The notes under the pieces were generated by a model. The model did not search any database. It was not told the origin of the DNA and saw only the letters and a list, made by a program, of their open reading frames with translations. From Bigelowiella natans CCMP2755 (taxonomy: Eukaryota > Protista > Cercozoa), in contig ADNK01003200.1 in assembly GCA_000320545.1 (NCBI GenBank), forward strand, positions 1 to 52,861: a DNA stretch of 52,861 bases. Reading direction: 5' to 3'. Of this stretch, positions 1 to 13,405 are shown piece after piece. The position numbers and the translations under genes are program-made. Every line of letters starts with the position of its first letter. Positions within the stretch are counted from its first letter, which is position 1.

Positions 1-133
1 ACCCTAACCGCTAACCCTAACCCTAACCCTAACCCTAACCCTAACCCTAACCCTAACCCTAACCCTAACCCTAACCCTAACCCTAACCCTAACCCTAACC
101 CTAACCCTAACCCTAACCCTAACCCTAACCCTA
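1..133. repeat. Telomeric repeat array (CCCTAA)n = (TTAGGG)n on the minus strand; chromosome end
   Basis: About 22 consecutive CCCTAA units from base 1 (one CCGCTAA variant), C-rich strand at the 5' end as expected for a left telomere. Confidence 0.98.
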
Positions 134-660
134 TGAAGTTTAAGTTTGACCTTGAACTTTACCTGACTTGTGATCAGCTTTAGCAATTGCAGTTTTAAAT
201 CACTCCTGGTCCCAATGCTGATCCCGGTGCTCATCCCAACCCTCACCCCAACCCTGGTCCAAACTCCTCACCAAAAACCGTGACTCTGACCCTCATCCCA
301 GCCCTGACCCAAAACCCTCTCCACTTTCCGTGACTTTGGCCCTCACTTTTGCCCTGAAAAAAACCCTGGTCGATTTCTGCGACAAGTTTTCCTCACTTTG
401 ACCCTCACTTTGGTCGTCACTTTGGTCGTGGCCCAGGAGAAAACCCTGACCCTGACCCTGACCCTGACCCTGACCCTGACCTCCAATCCTGACCTCCAAT
501 CCTGACCCCTGATCCCATCCCTGATCCGCATCTGCAATCAATGAGTCATGCCAGAGGTTGAAGTTCAAAACCTGATGCACGTTTCATCCCAATTCGCAGA
601 ACCCAATCTTTTGACCCCCACCCTGACCCTGAACTTGACCTCATCGCCAATGTCATCTCG
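134..660. repeat. Degenerate subtelomeric telomere-variant repeats, including (CCCTGA)6 at 444-479
   Basis: Many CCCTGA/CCTGA/CCCTCA/CCCAA hexamer variants directly interior to the telomere. Confidence 0.85.
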
Positions 661-1125
661 GCTCTTGTTGCGAATTTGGTCAAGTGCAGAATCAAAAAAC
701 TGATCCAATGAACTGCATGATCGAAGAAATCTGGAAACTCAAGCTTGTTTTTTTTTGTGTCGCATTTCATGGAACGCATGCGTTGGTCGCGCGCAAAAGC
801 CCATGGTTGCAATTCGTTGCAGGTCGGACAGAGTTGTGCATGCTTCTACATGCTCAGAGCCTGAACAGCCCATCATGTCATGCATGACCATCAAGCTGTC
901 ATTGAATGGGTGCGCGATCGACTCGAAAGTGTCAAAAACACATGACAACAGCCGTCGCACTGTGCAGAACTAGATGGGTGTGCTAGATCATTGCAAAATG
1001 GCTGCTGTGAGAAAAAGCAAGCATGTGATTTGTGACACTGACTTGAGCGAGCAATCGATTGTGCATTGCTGATTGACATGGATGCATTCGGGCGTTGTGT
1101 TGTGCGATGAAATTGATCATGGTCC
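198..1125. other. TpA-depleted island 1 (subtelomeric)
   Basis: No TA dinucleotide in 198-846; only 3 in 198-1125 (one CTAC, two CTAG); CpG retained (e.g. cgcgcgc near 788). Confidence 0.9.
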
Positions 1126-1182
1126 TACGGTTCTGTGTCCACCATCAAACTTAAACCTCATGTTGAAAGGAATAAAACAATT

Positions 1183-2126
1183 TTAATCTATTCTCGAACC
1201 TTCCCGCAAAGCTTTAATAACAGCTTCAACGTCTCTTTTTGAATGTTTCGGAAGTCCAGCGGGTGTCCTACGAAATTTGACTCGTATTACGAATTTAACA
1301 CATAACAGATAAATGTACTAGTTACGCACTTTAAATTACCTTGTGAATATGCTTAAGCTTTGATATTTAGACAACACATCGCATAAGAGGTCAGTTTGTA
1401 CACGACTGTACGCCGATTCGCGGTATTTCCGATCAATTACCTAGATATCAAACACAAGTGGGAGAATGCAGATATTTCAGGCTGTTTCGGGGAAGACGTG
1501 CATTTAAACAAAATAAGAAACAGAAATAACAGCCAACATGATCATCAACACCCTGATTTTTTAATGTCCTTTCATCTTAATATTCATCATAATTATAAAC
1601 ATCACAAATATCATTTTGCTTGTCTATCTTCGTTGCGTATAGTCACGAATTCTTACATCCGTTATGTTGGATTCTTTGAGAATGAGATCCGTAATTTGTC
1701 TCAAATCGCCTAGAGTTTCTACTGCACCAGGTACATTTGATAATGTCCGTGCAAAGTCTTCCAGAATTTTGAGAGATTTGCCAAAATTAGCCAATCCAAC
1801 CACTGTAAAGCCTCTGAGATCCTTTCTCCAATATCTGGGGTACCAAAGGAGGGAAGAAGCATTTGAATATCTAAAATCTACAATGATATTCATATATATA
1901 GTCGCCATGATATATTTTTTCTGGAGAGCATGAAGCAAATAATTTTTGCAAGCTGCTTATACGCTACTCCTACCACACATATCAGGATATTAATTAAATA
2001 ATATTAATTCCACCTACCCACGAATCGAAAGAGAAATGTGATTGAATGCGTGGAGATGAGCTCCTTCTCGAAGTCCAGTTGGCAAAAAAGTCAACGATGC
2101 AAACGAACCCTAAAGCACAAGCAATA

Positions 2127-2171
<45 letters not shown>

Positions 2172-2627
2172 GAAGTTGATGTAGAGGACAGCATTGATGA
2201 GACGATAATTGTACTACAACCCCATTTTCATTGAATCTATTGAATTTTTAATATTACATACATGATAGGATATTACATGGGACTAAATAAATCTCAATGG
2301 TGAGTAGTGTCATATTGTTGATCGAATCGAATCGAATCATATTACTCTTCCATAAGGATAATTGCCATATATTTTTAGTTATTAGTAAGTAGCGTCATCA
2401 TATTGTTGATCGAATCGAATCGAATCATATTACTACCTCCAAAAGAAACACAAGATCGTTGAATGCTGGCCAAGCATTTTCTTCAAGTTTACTTGATTTC
2501 CAACTCTCGCTGCTCATTACTAATAACTCGTCGATTCTGATAATATTTGATTGATATACAATGCCAAGAAAATTCACATACCACTCTCATTTTTGCTCCT
2601 TTTTCTTTTCTTCTTCTTCTTTTATTG

Positions 2628-2667
<40 letters not shown>

Positions 2668-3793
2668 CTCTCTCTCTCGGTGACAAACACACACACACAC
2701 ACACACACAAACAATCAAAAAGCTATTCTAAACCCCACCCTTTAAGTACTCTCACTACTAATCTTCATCATCACAATTCGTGCTACTAAGTACTGATCAT
2801 CATCCAAGTTATCATCATCATCATCACTATCCTATCACCTTATATATACCTACTACTACACGACTACTACAACTACTACTACAACACCAACAAAACAACA
2901 AAAAATCCTACTAATAGCCCATACTTCATCATCATACCTCATCATCACCCACACACCACTACTCCTCTATTGACCATCTTCGGTAATATCATAAATGCTA
3001 CTTACTACTTCCTGATGATTTCACCTGGCTCCTATTCCTTCAAGAACTATCTCATAATACTTCATTTTGAGGCCTTCCAGCATACTTTTAGCTTTCATAT
3101 CTGCCTTTGCACTGGGAGGGGTTCGTCTTGGATATCCCTTTTCCACCATTCGAAATGCTCTTTCTTCAAATCTTAACAACACCACGAGTAGTAGTATGTC
3201 GTCAGTGCCATAAATTATCAAGTGGTATGATATTACATCAACAGAAGTAATGCACTCTTCATCGAAGTGCAATAAAGTTCAATAGTAAAGATGATAATGT
3301 TGAGTGATATTTGGACAAGATACTTCAGTTCATCTCTCATAAGTAATGCACTCTTCATCGAAGTGCAATAAAGTTCAATAGTAAAGATGATAATGTTGAG
3401 TGATATTTGGACAAGATACTTCAGTGCATCTCTCATAATTATCATACTGACATTTAGTATCCACAAACATCATTATGATCACTCACTTTGAGCAAGCACC
3501 ATCTGCTAGCGCATGGCAATTAACAAGCAGTTGGCCTACCATCGATGGCGGCAATTTACCTAGGCGACAACAATGAAATGATGATGATGTTGATGATGAT
3601 GATGATGATGATGATGTTTTACACCAATTAGAAGAAATTGCAATTGCTGCCTCCTCTTAGTAGTGAGGAGTTGATTCAATAGTTTGCCATTTCCATGGCT
3701 GAACAAGTATAAGAAACTACATGTCGGTGCTCGGTGCTGCTGTGGTGCTACTATGATTCTACGTGCAGCAGCGGCAAGCAGCATCTCTTCTAC

Positions 3794-3833
<40 letters not shown>

Positions 3834-4546
3834 CATCTCTTATCATCCGTCACTCTGTTGAACAAGTGAGCTATAGCCATCATCTCATCACCTCTATTCT
3901 GCATCCCTCTACCATGATAGCCTTCTTCACTACTCGTTGTTCTTCTCCTTTCTTCATCATTAGGGTCATCATCCGCTGAGTTGCTTGAAGTGGTTGCGTT
4001 GAATTTAGCAATCTGAACAATTATGGTCAAGAGAAAATAGTGGGAGAAGTAAGGCAAAATGTCTGATAAACTCTTTGTTTCTAGCGATATATTATGCAAA
4101 ATTATTAAAGTGATCTTCATATGACATCCTCAAGCGGCTATCTAAATAACATATGAATAAGAAAGGAGAGGAGACATCATTTGTGATATGTCAATTATCA
4201 CCATCTTCATCATTATCATCATCATCATCATAACATATGCTGCACTAGCAGGAGGTATTATGTACAGAAGCTGGAGATAAACGAGAAACCACGCTTCTAC
4301 ATAATATAGAGTCCACCTAATCCAATAAACATTTATGAATATACTCGATGATCATGCAGATGATAATTATGATGATAAATATGAGCAAAAGAAGAAGAAG
4401 AAGGCGCAGAAAGATACTGATAACAGATTCCTTAAATAATTCTATCGATATAACCAACACAATAATGTTTGTCTTTAGTTGGTGCAGCAGACAAATATTG
4501 GTGTTACTTACTTACTCACAACTACCCACTACTAACAAAAACCAGA

Positions 4547-4578
<32 letters not shown>

Positions 4579-6832
4579 CAATGCCATTAGATCATAATAT
4601 GGATCGTCGACATCGCCTTTAGTGGTAGTTCCTCCTGTATTTTTGTGCGCTTGTTGCCCCCCTGTTGGTATCAAGTACACGACACACATAAGGAGCTACT
4701 AGGTAGTGATGATGGCAAAGGTAGTGGATATAACTCATAACTAAATATCCGCAGTCATGTCGACCTTAATACAATTGGTGTTCAACAACACTCTCCTAAT
4801 GCATTTGATGGTAGTATCGATAAAGTGAAAGTGGTTCTTAGTTTCAATTTTTAGACAACTAACCCAACCTATATTGTGGAGGAGTTTCTTAGAGTCATGA
4901 TTCTGATTACTTTTCTTCCTATCACTAAAGCTCCCTCCGTCCCCATCTAATCCTGAACCCCCTGTAAAAAATATATAATCACCCCCATGTGAGAGCAATT
5001 AAAATAAATACGATATGAGGGGGAAATGGGAGGATCATGAGATATAAATAAATCACCACTAGGCTCCTCCTCTGCTAATTTGAAAGAGAAGTAATCCTCC
5101 ATGAGAGAGGTGATTGCCTTGCAGATCAAAGGGACTGAACTCGAGAATGGGACAGTAAAGGGAAACCGTACACCACTATGATTTGTAGATGGATCTTCTA
5201 ATCCATGATCTAATACCCACGTTCTGAACTTGTCCTTGGCAGGAACTGTAAGAGGATCGAATCGATCGGTTTGGAGGATTTTGTTTACAACTTTATCTAT
5301 CTGTGCCTCCAATAGTTTTTGATATTCTCCTTGTTTAGACCCTAGGAAAGCTTTTAATGGCGTTGATGGCAATGTCAATGACTTGAGAGCGTGTACAAAT
5401 ACACCTGTAAATGACCTAAGATCTTTCCATGCCTCAGGTTTCTTGAGTGATGTAAACAGCAGTTTTGCTGTTTGTTCTATCTCCGGACAGATAACCGTGC
5501 TCCATAACTTATGACACTCTTCCAGTGATAACAGTTCTCCTCCCAGAGGGGATCTGAGTGTAACAATTATTCATCCAATTCATATTCTTTCTATACTATG
5601 AAAACTCAATTTTTCTACCACCTTATGATGGATAAGTAAATTGCAAAAATTCCTAAAATTCCCCCAAAGTATTTGTCTTTCTCTTTGAAAAGTCTCGAAA
5701 GATTAGCAGGGAGCGCTTTTGCAAGTGCCATTGCCTTTGAGATTTAGATAATACTATCAGTCGATTCAATATTGGAGGCCAGTTATTTCCCATAATTAAA
5801 CGCACGCAGCACATGCAATTATTTTGAATCAGATTACCTGTTTTTTCCGAGAGATCAAGGTATAATCTTTCAGGTTGGAAAAATGGTGCTCTCCAAGTAT
5901 CTTATAGATGTAAATAGTTTGGTAGACAATTCCTAGATCATCCTGGACTTTAAGGAGGAACGCTGCTTGGTTTGCAGTTAAGCCATCGTTGAGAAGAACC
6001 TCCAATCCAGCACTACCCACTAACCCACCCCCTTCTTTTCCATCTTGATCATGTTCAATTTTTGGTCCTAAATCTCCTCCCCTCCTCCTTCTGTTACCAC
6101 CCCTTGCATTGCCGGTAGAAGTGTCGATAAATTCCCCATTTTTAGACCTTCCACCACCTCCATCTCCTCTACTTCCCTTTCTTCGCTTATATTCATTGCT
6201 TGAACGATCGTTTTTCCTTTTGAGAAGGGATGATAAAGTAGAAGGAGATGCTTTTGTGGTGGCTTTTGTTGTAAGCCGGCTAAAGTTGGTTCTGGATGCT
6301 GATGCACGTGATAATGATGATGATGATGATGATGATGATGGTGATGATCCACCAACGTCGCCCTTATAATTAACAGCTGTAAAGGAAGGGGACGAGAAAG
6401 CTTCCTCGTCGAGAGAAGGCGGGCTTATTATGAGAAGATTCTCGTCTTTTCCTCCTTCTCCTCCTCTCCCAGTTTTGGGGAATAGTACAGGTTTGTTGTT
6501 TATGGGGAATCTAGATCCTCTCCCCGTTCTCGAGGATGATGGGAATGACGACGATGACGATGATGATGATGATTCTTGCTGCAATTGTAGGCGTTGGTTC
6601 GTAGCATTGCCTTCTTCGTTGCCGATTTTGGCTGATGCTGCTCCTGATTGTGTAGTCGGTACCATATCGTCATTACCACCATGTGCTCCCCCCCCCCGTA
6701 CATTCTTAGTGGATGATGAGGTCGCTGTAGCCGTAGTCATAGCGACAACCCGAGCCCTGCGAATTTGCTCCCTAGACTTCGAAAGAAGGATAATTCCCAG
6801 TTGTTGGGAGACTTGAGGAAGAGAAGATCTGG

Positions 6833-6873
<41 letters not shown>

Positions 6874-7895
6874 GAGTGTGCATGTGCATGTGCGTGTGTG
6901 CTATGCTGGCGGGTAAGAGGAGCAACGATTATTAAGATGAAATTATATAATTTACAAAACAATGATTAGAAACCAAAAATCATCACCGCCGCCACTACAA
7001 TTTCTACCACCACATCCTTATCTATCCTAACTTCTATAGTGAGTTTTATCGTGAGGTGATTACAGCCATTGATCGTATTCTCTTCGTACACAAACTTGGA
7101 TCTGAGAGTAGAGTGGAGCATGATTTATTCTTGTTATTACAACATGAAAGGGAAGAGAGTGGGAAGAATATTAAAATCTTTGCCCCAACTTTTTTATCAC
7201 CTTTGCCTTGAGTCTTTTGATAACAGTATCTATCAAATGTGCTATTCTGGAGCTGTAGTGGGGTACCTAAAACAAAAAAGGCTTATTATTCAATCGATGC
7301 TCAATACGCCGATGTTCAAACCAACCATAATAATCTAATCACTGATATGATAAAACACGAAGCAGATTTCGTACAATATATGATTGACAAGTTGACATTT
7401 CATCTACAAATCAATCGAACTTTAATACAGTTATCAATAGTCAGTAACTACCATCTGCAATCTAGCAAGAGTTCTCAGCGCTTGGACATATCTCTTTTCC
7501 TCAATTTGTCGCTTTCAAAAAAATCTTCAATAAGAAGATAACTATACGCATAAGGTATGATTATTATCTTCCTTTGGTGACTGATAGAAGTATTGGTTTG
7601 ACCAGTATCATCAGGCTTATTAGATAACATTAGTAACCTGAGCTTCTTTTATACTCTCTATACGGGACGCACAATTTTGCAGAACCTGAGCAAATTTGTC
7701 TATAAGTGATCACATTTTTTTTAAAAAAATTTATTTAAGAAGATGGTTCCTGCAATTTAAAAGTTCAGCTTTACCTCCAAAGCCTGCTCAATTCGCTGCC
7801 TTATATGCCTCTGTGGCATCAATTTCTGGGAAAATACACAATACTGACATGTTATGTTCAATACAATGTGTTGAAAAACGCGCACGCAGGCACAG

Positions 7896-7939
<44 letters not shown>

Positions 7940-8642
7940 TGCGTAAATTGGACACCAAGATAGACATTAACGGCATTCCGCGTCCTTCAGGTATTATTTG
8001 TTTAGTGTTGAAACTCCAAAGCGGTGTTTATATCGTTTAGACAATGCAACCTCAACTGCAGATATGACCGATTTTCCGGACTCTTGGACTTTTTCATTGT
8101 AGTCTCTGTGAATTTTAAGTATGATGAAACAGGTTAGTATTTTATGTTAAATATTCCTTGATGATGTATCTTTCCCCTTGCAATTAACCGATGTTATAAT
8201 TTGACCTTATTTTTTGCTTTAGGTTGGTGATGTCATACTTAACATTGACTAGACTTTCCACAGAAGATACGAAATCCTTTGAAAGATACGTAATTTGAAT
8301 GAATTTCTTTCAATTTGCAGACCAATAAATGTCAAGCACCTGATAATGCTTCGCACAAAGCTTATCAATCTTCCTTTTCTGCAAATGCTCATGCTCTGAA
8401 AGTAGATCTTTGTACGAGTTAGTCCAGTTTCTATCCAAAACAAGCCTAATTGCTGCCTTCAGGTCTGTGTCAACAAGATGGGCTAATGTGGATACATTCC
8501 CAGCCTTGCTCTCATCATATCGTACTCCTTTTACATCCTCTTTTATTTCCGTTCTTCCCAACGTAGAAGTGGATAGGCTCGTATTTCCCAATCCGGAAGT
8601 TTGCATGATCTTAGCAAGATTAGGGAAGGCTTTTGTTGTCAT
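1183..8642 (-). CDS. SEC15: Exocyst complex component Sec15/EXOC6 (multi-exon)
   Basis: Exons give Sec15-like motifs: N-terminal 'IDKLCAKHYQ' (cf. IE..C..HYQ), 'DLGIVYQTIYIYKILG', 'FPFTVPFSSSVPLICKAITSLMED' (cf. plant FPYVAPFSS.VP.CC), and 'FTVVGLANFGKSLKILEDFA...LRQITDLIL'. The last exon ends '...KALREGSRID*' at 1183. Start assumed at ATG 8642. Confidence 0.88.
2311..2435. repeat. Intronic direct repeat (~36 bp, two copies) containing (CGAAT)3
   Basis: catattgttgatcgaatcgaatcgaatcatattact at ~2311 and ~2399. Confidence 0.8.
3245..3436. repeat. 96-bp tandem duplication in a SEC15 intron
   Basis: Two adjacent copies (3245-3340, 3341-3436) with one visible mismatch; lies between exons 'KLPPSMVGQLLVNCHALADGACSK' and 'FEERAFRMVEKG'. 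Confidence 0.9.
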
Positions 8643-9174
8643 AGTCGGTAAAGTTCTCTAAGACTTCAGTTGCTACTTGGCGGAGAGAGTCGGCGAGCTT
8701 TCTGTTTCTGATTTATATTGAGGATCTCCTACGAGTCACTACCTCGTATGCCCTACCGTCGTTCTGTATCTGGCGGAGTGTGGATGGATTAAATGGAGGA
8801 GGGGAGCAAAGGAAGTCGCTGTTTCTATGATAAATCTTTGATTTGTTCTGGATAATCATCATCATTTTCGGTAAATTCCATGCCAAAAACATCCATAATG
8901 ATCTGACAATATGCCATCAACATAGGAATTGTTGTAAGATGTGTTGTTGTTGTTCCAAAGAGAAGCTGGAGTCGTCTCTTAACAATGGATGGAGGATGGC
9001 CCCAACTCTGAGTACTCAGAAAAACATCAATAGGAAACAAGTTAATAGCTAGCGGATGCATTGCATGAGGAGTCACTGCTGCTTCAGAAGTTTCTAGCTG
9101 TTGTGCACATCGATTGCCAGATGCCATGAATATGACATACAACTTTCCTTAAAGGTTCATATTGGTAACGAGAG
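8643..9174. promoter_or_regulatory. Putative bidirectional promoter region (SEC15 / MSS51-like)
   Basis: Head-to-head starts ~530 bp apart; inferred from gene orientation only. Confidence 0.5.
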
Positions 9175-11049
9175 ATGAACGAAGTTGGCGAACAGACAGC
9201 AAGTCGGACGGATGATAACAATAATTCCCTCAGGGAAGTAAAAGCTGATGTCTTAGCATGGGCAAAAGTACATTTCATCTGATTAAGGATAGACTGAGAA
9301 AGAATGGTCTTACATGCGGTCCCATGCTTCTCATTTAGGTATCCCACAAAGCAATGGAAATCCAAAGCGCCAGAGAGGAAGTAAGCAAGCTGCCATGAGT
9401 AGAATTTTGCACATTTCATTTGATATTCGAATTTATGTCTCAGGCCAAGCAATCACCCCTCTCAGCGGATACGCTTTTGCAACAGTTTAAGATGCTTCCT
9501 GAACGATTTAGGAAAATGATAAACTATGATATTGAAGCTGAAGGTTTTTGCCAAACAAGTTTATGTTGCCTTCATCGTGACATCAGTTTCGTCCAAGTAG
9601 GTGGCTACGGTGGTGAAGACGTGACACCTCTTTTGGAGGCATGCCAAGATGTTATTATTGAAAATGGTAGGCATTCTTTCGCAGTGAGTAATACATGTTG
9701 ATCATCATCATCTCCGTGTCTGTCGTTGCCTTAGGGTTAGAAAGGGGTGAGTCGTTGTGGCTTCCAGAGTTCAGGCTCCCATCTTCTCAAAACTCTATTC
9801 CATCTGATTGGGAAAAATTCGCCTCTCAGTTTGGGTTTCCAAGCCCTCAAGATCCAAACAATTTGCCTGAATGGTGGTCATAATGACAAAAAACTCAGCT
9901 GCTTTCAGAACGTTATTTCGAAGTTTTAAAAAGGATTGTCAGTTCAAAGTGCTTCTTCCTTATAATTTAGGTGTGTTTCTAGCATATCACTGTCTTATGT
10001 CGTTACTGCTGCCCTAGCCGTCAAATATTCACAAAAAATGGCGAAAGGAAGCAAGTTCTCATCATCAAGTGAAAATGACAAGACGTTCATCCTGGATATA
10101 CTTGGTCCCGAAGAATCTGAGATAAGTTGGGAGAATAAGTGGTTGGTAAGTTGAATTTTGATGATCCTGTTTCTTTCTCACTGTCCTTATTGAATATCTT
10201 ATAAATGAATATAACATGAGATCTGGTGATGTTCAGGGTTTGTTGGCTCTGTTTCCTTCTCTCAATCGACTCAAAATTAGAATGGTTGGCCCCTCAATCG
10301 ACGAAAGTTTGAATGGCCGCACTACATCTATGACATGCGCTTTCAATAAAAGACCCCATTCTCCTAATGCAGATGATAGAAAGACAGGCGAAGAAGACAA
10401 AGTAGAGATACAAATACAATATTTTCGCCAGCTTTACCATGAGTTTGCGGTTGGTGCCGGTGCTCCGACTAATGATCCCAAAACAGCCAGCTTCGATCTA
10501 CCTGATGCGGTAGTTGCTTTTGCGTCTGGCCTGTCAGAACATCTCTCCGATTGGCTTCCTACTCTGAAGTATTTACTCGAACAACGTAAGTAAGTAGTTG
10601 CATCACACATTTGATATTTAAAAAAATTTCCGTATGCAGAACCATGAAAGGTAAGTATAACTTAGGTATCCCATGCTGTTTCACGAGTTACCATAGCATT
10701 GAAGCCGATTTGGATTATCGAGCAGTTTGCTCATTGGGGGCAAATCTGTCACCAGCAAATACGGATGGTTATCCGAAGAAGAACTCTTTTTCAAGTTTAC
10801 TTCCAATCGAGGATCCATTTTTCCCACCCAGGTGGTTGGTGTGTTGCATTATCTTGTATCTTTGCTTATGTTGATATTTTTGATACACTCAGGATATATT
10901 ATTTGAACAATTTTTTGTTCTATTTCTGTGGCTACAAGAAGAATTCTTTAACACAGTGTGTGACGCCAAACCCGGCTAATAAAGTCAGGAAAAACTCTGC
11001 AGTTTTGCAGTCATCGGAATCCAGAAAAAGAAGTAAAAAGGCAGTATAA
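9175..11049 (+). CDS. MSS51/ZMYND15-17-type C-terminal domain protein (multi-exon)
   Basis: Motifs 'ILDILGPEESE', 'LLALFPSLNRLKIRMVGP', 'LYHEF', 'PDAVVAFASGL...WLPTLKYLL', 'IPCCFTSYHSIEA', 'KNSFSSLLP', 'NNFLFYF' match the MSS51 C-terminal domain pattern. Start at 9175 is inferred. Confidence 0.75.
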
Positions 11050-11234
11050 TTCCTCAGCAACTGGAAGGAAGACATCAGAATCATCCGATCGATGTGATTT
11101 CTTATCAGCCAGCAGCTTTGTTCCACTGAATTCAGCCCTTATTATTATTTATGTGCGAAATATATTGTTGCGTTCATTTGGATCATACCCCGTCGGCAAA
11201 CCACTGCCATCTGGCTTGTTATTGGTGGGCGATG

Positions 11235-11325
11235 AGCAGTAGATGTTGCGTAAATATTTCCCCACTCTAGCACTACATACAGAAGCAGTCGATGTTGCGT
11301 AAATACTTCACCACTACACACAGAA
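11235..11325. repeat. Imperfect ~49-bp direct repeat
   Basis: agcagtagatgttgcgtaaata...cactacatacaga followed by agcagtcgatgttgcgtaaata...cactacacacaga. Confidence 0.75.
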
Positions 11326-11339
11326 GAAAATTAATTCTG

Positions 11340-11930
11340 CGTGCGCACTACGCTAGTACGTACTATGCGTGTATAAAATGTGCCGACGTCATCTGGCAAA
11401 TCGTCGATCATCGTTCGCATCTACCGCTAGCTCAAGAGCTCTAGCGCTGTCTATGTATGCATAGCATGTCATGTGTGCCACTATCATTTACAACATGCGC
11501 ATCGCACTGCTACGCTAGTTAGTCGCATGTTGCTGGTGTCAGAGCTGCGTACCATGTACAGGCACTTAATGCTACTAAGCTACTTCAGACTGGGGCGCGC
11601 CGCGAACACTCGCGCATAGATGCGGCAAGCTCGGCGTGACGACCATGCTAGCATGCAACGCTACATCATCTAGATGCGCGTATTCTGTGGTAATTAGGTT
11701 GTGTAGGATGCACACTGCGCAAATCTAGAAATGACTCATTATTGCGCAACTCAGACTTCGAGCTTATCGATCATGGAAAATCTGAGACATGCAATTTATT
11801 GCAAGCTAGCACGGCCAGCCACAACGCTTAGACATGCACTACGTAATATGCTCTAGTGCTTAGGCATTGTCAACACCATGCAATGCATGCATGATCATGG
11901 CGTGTGTCACATGAATTTTGTAAAAGTATG
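11340..11930. other. Partially TpA-depleted island 2 (convergent intergenic)
   Basis: Excess TGCA/CATG/CTAG with CpG retained; more residual TA than the other islands. Confidence 0.6.
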
Positions 11931-12384
11931 AAATTTTGGCAAGACATCGTCTACTGCTGATTTTCGCAACACATTCACAGTGCAAGGAAGATAAGATAGA
12001 TAACCCGAATGCGAAGCTTGCGTTCTACACTGTGATCCCTAGAACATACCCAATGTGCAATTTTTTATTAAAAAAAAGAAATTTTGCAAGCTATTTCCAT
12101 AGCCGGAATTGCGATTAGAAACTAAATTTGTGCACAAAACAATCTGATGCATCAAGATCTCACGTCCTGCACGACACACTAGCATACTTCGCACAAATGT
12201 ATAATTTGAGATCAGTAGTCCATCAAATCGCGAGCTGACGACTTTGCATCCCATGACTCCTAAGAAATATTGAGACAATGGGAGAAACAGTATTTGAGAC
12301 TGTGATATGTGTTGATGCTTCGGTCTTCTTTCTCTTTCTATCCAAATATTATTCGCTTTTGTGTATGTGTATGTGTGTGTGTGT

Positions 12385-12421
<37 letters not shown>

Positions 12422-12423
12422 TA

Positions 12424-13366
12424 TTATGATGCCTTTGGCGTTCGCTTCGTGATGGATGTAGCTTCTTTACTTGAGATGCGAGCTGAACAGAATTTATGAT
12501 GATGATGCAAGATAATATATATTTGGAGAAATCAGTCACATGTGCTACAGCAGCTACTAGTAGTATTTACTGCTGCTACATAGACAAACAGGCTCTACTA
12601 CCACTTAAGCGAGATACTACTTGGATCGTCATATTTAGTTGATGAATTAAAATAGTGGAAGGCTGCAATATTGAGTAGTGGTTCAACTTCTATGGATTTT
12701 GTAAATTACTACTACCTTGCTGCCTCTTTAAAACAACAGAACTTTTGGGGTTGCCAGCGTCTCGATATTTTTCCAATGACTGCACATTTTGTTAGTAGTA
12801 GCAAATAGAACGATCTTCGATTAGAAGTGGGAGAAAATTTCTCTCATCATACCTAGCCCCCAAACCCTTCTCTTCCTCCTCTCTTCTCCATAGCGGTAAC
12901 AACCTTGAACTGGAAGACAATTCCATGTCCTGGTAAAGTGCTAATCTGTGCTTTCCCATTTGCAATCTTCAATGGTTGTGTGATAAACTCATCGATTCGG
13001 TACTCACAGACCTTTTAGCACAATAGTAGCGATATGAGGCATTCTCTTCATCAGCTATTATCATTTTCAGTGAAAATTTGTAATAATAATATTAGTACCT
13101 CGGTGTAAGATGAGTTTGACAAAGCTGCCATCAAGTGAACATGAAGGTCATGAACTCCTATTACCACAATTAGAGAAATTAAATTACACAAATACACATC
13201 AACTATGTATATTTTTCTTTGTCTTGCTGAGATTATTTTAAGTCAGATACTCGTACGGATGGATCTATAATAGACTGCAATGCCCGATATTGACAATAAT
13301 GTCCTCTTTGTGTCTGCTTTTGTGTGACCAGCGATCTTGGCAATCAATATATTATATATATGTGTA

Positions 13367-13405
<39 letters not shown>

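Noticed and set aside
4-580. ORFs with (RV)n or (GQ)n repeats
   Set aside because: They are translations of telomeric and variant repeats.
3233-3466. Duplicated exon in SEC15 (ORF with repeated MRD.LKYLVQ...)
   Set aside because: The flanking exons splice in phase around it; it is an intronic 96-bp duplication.
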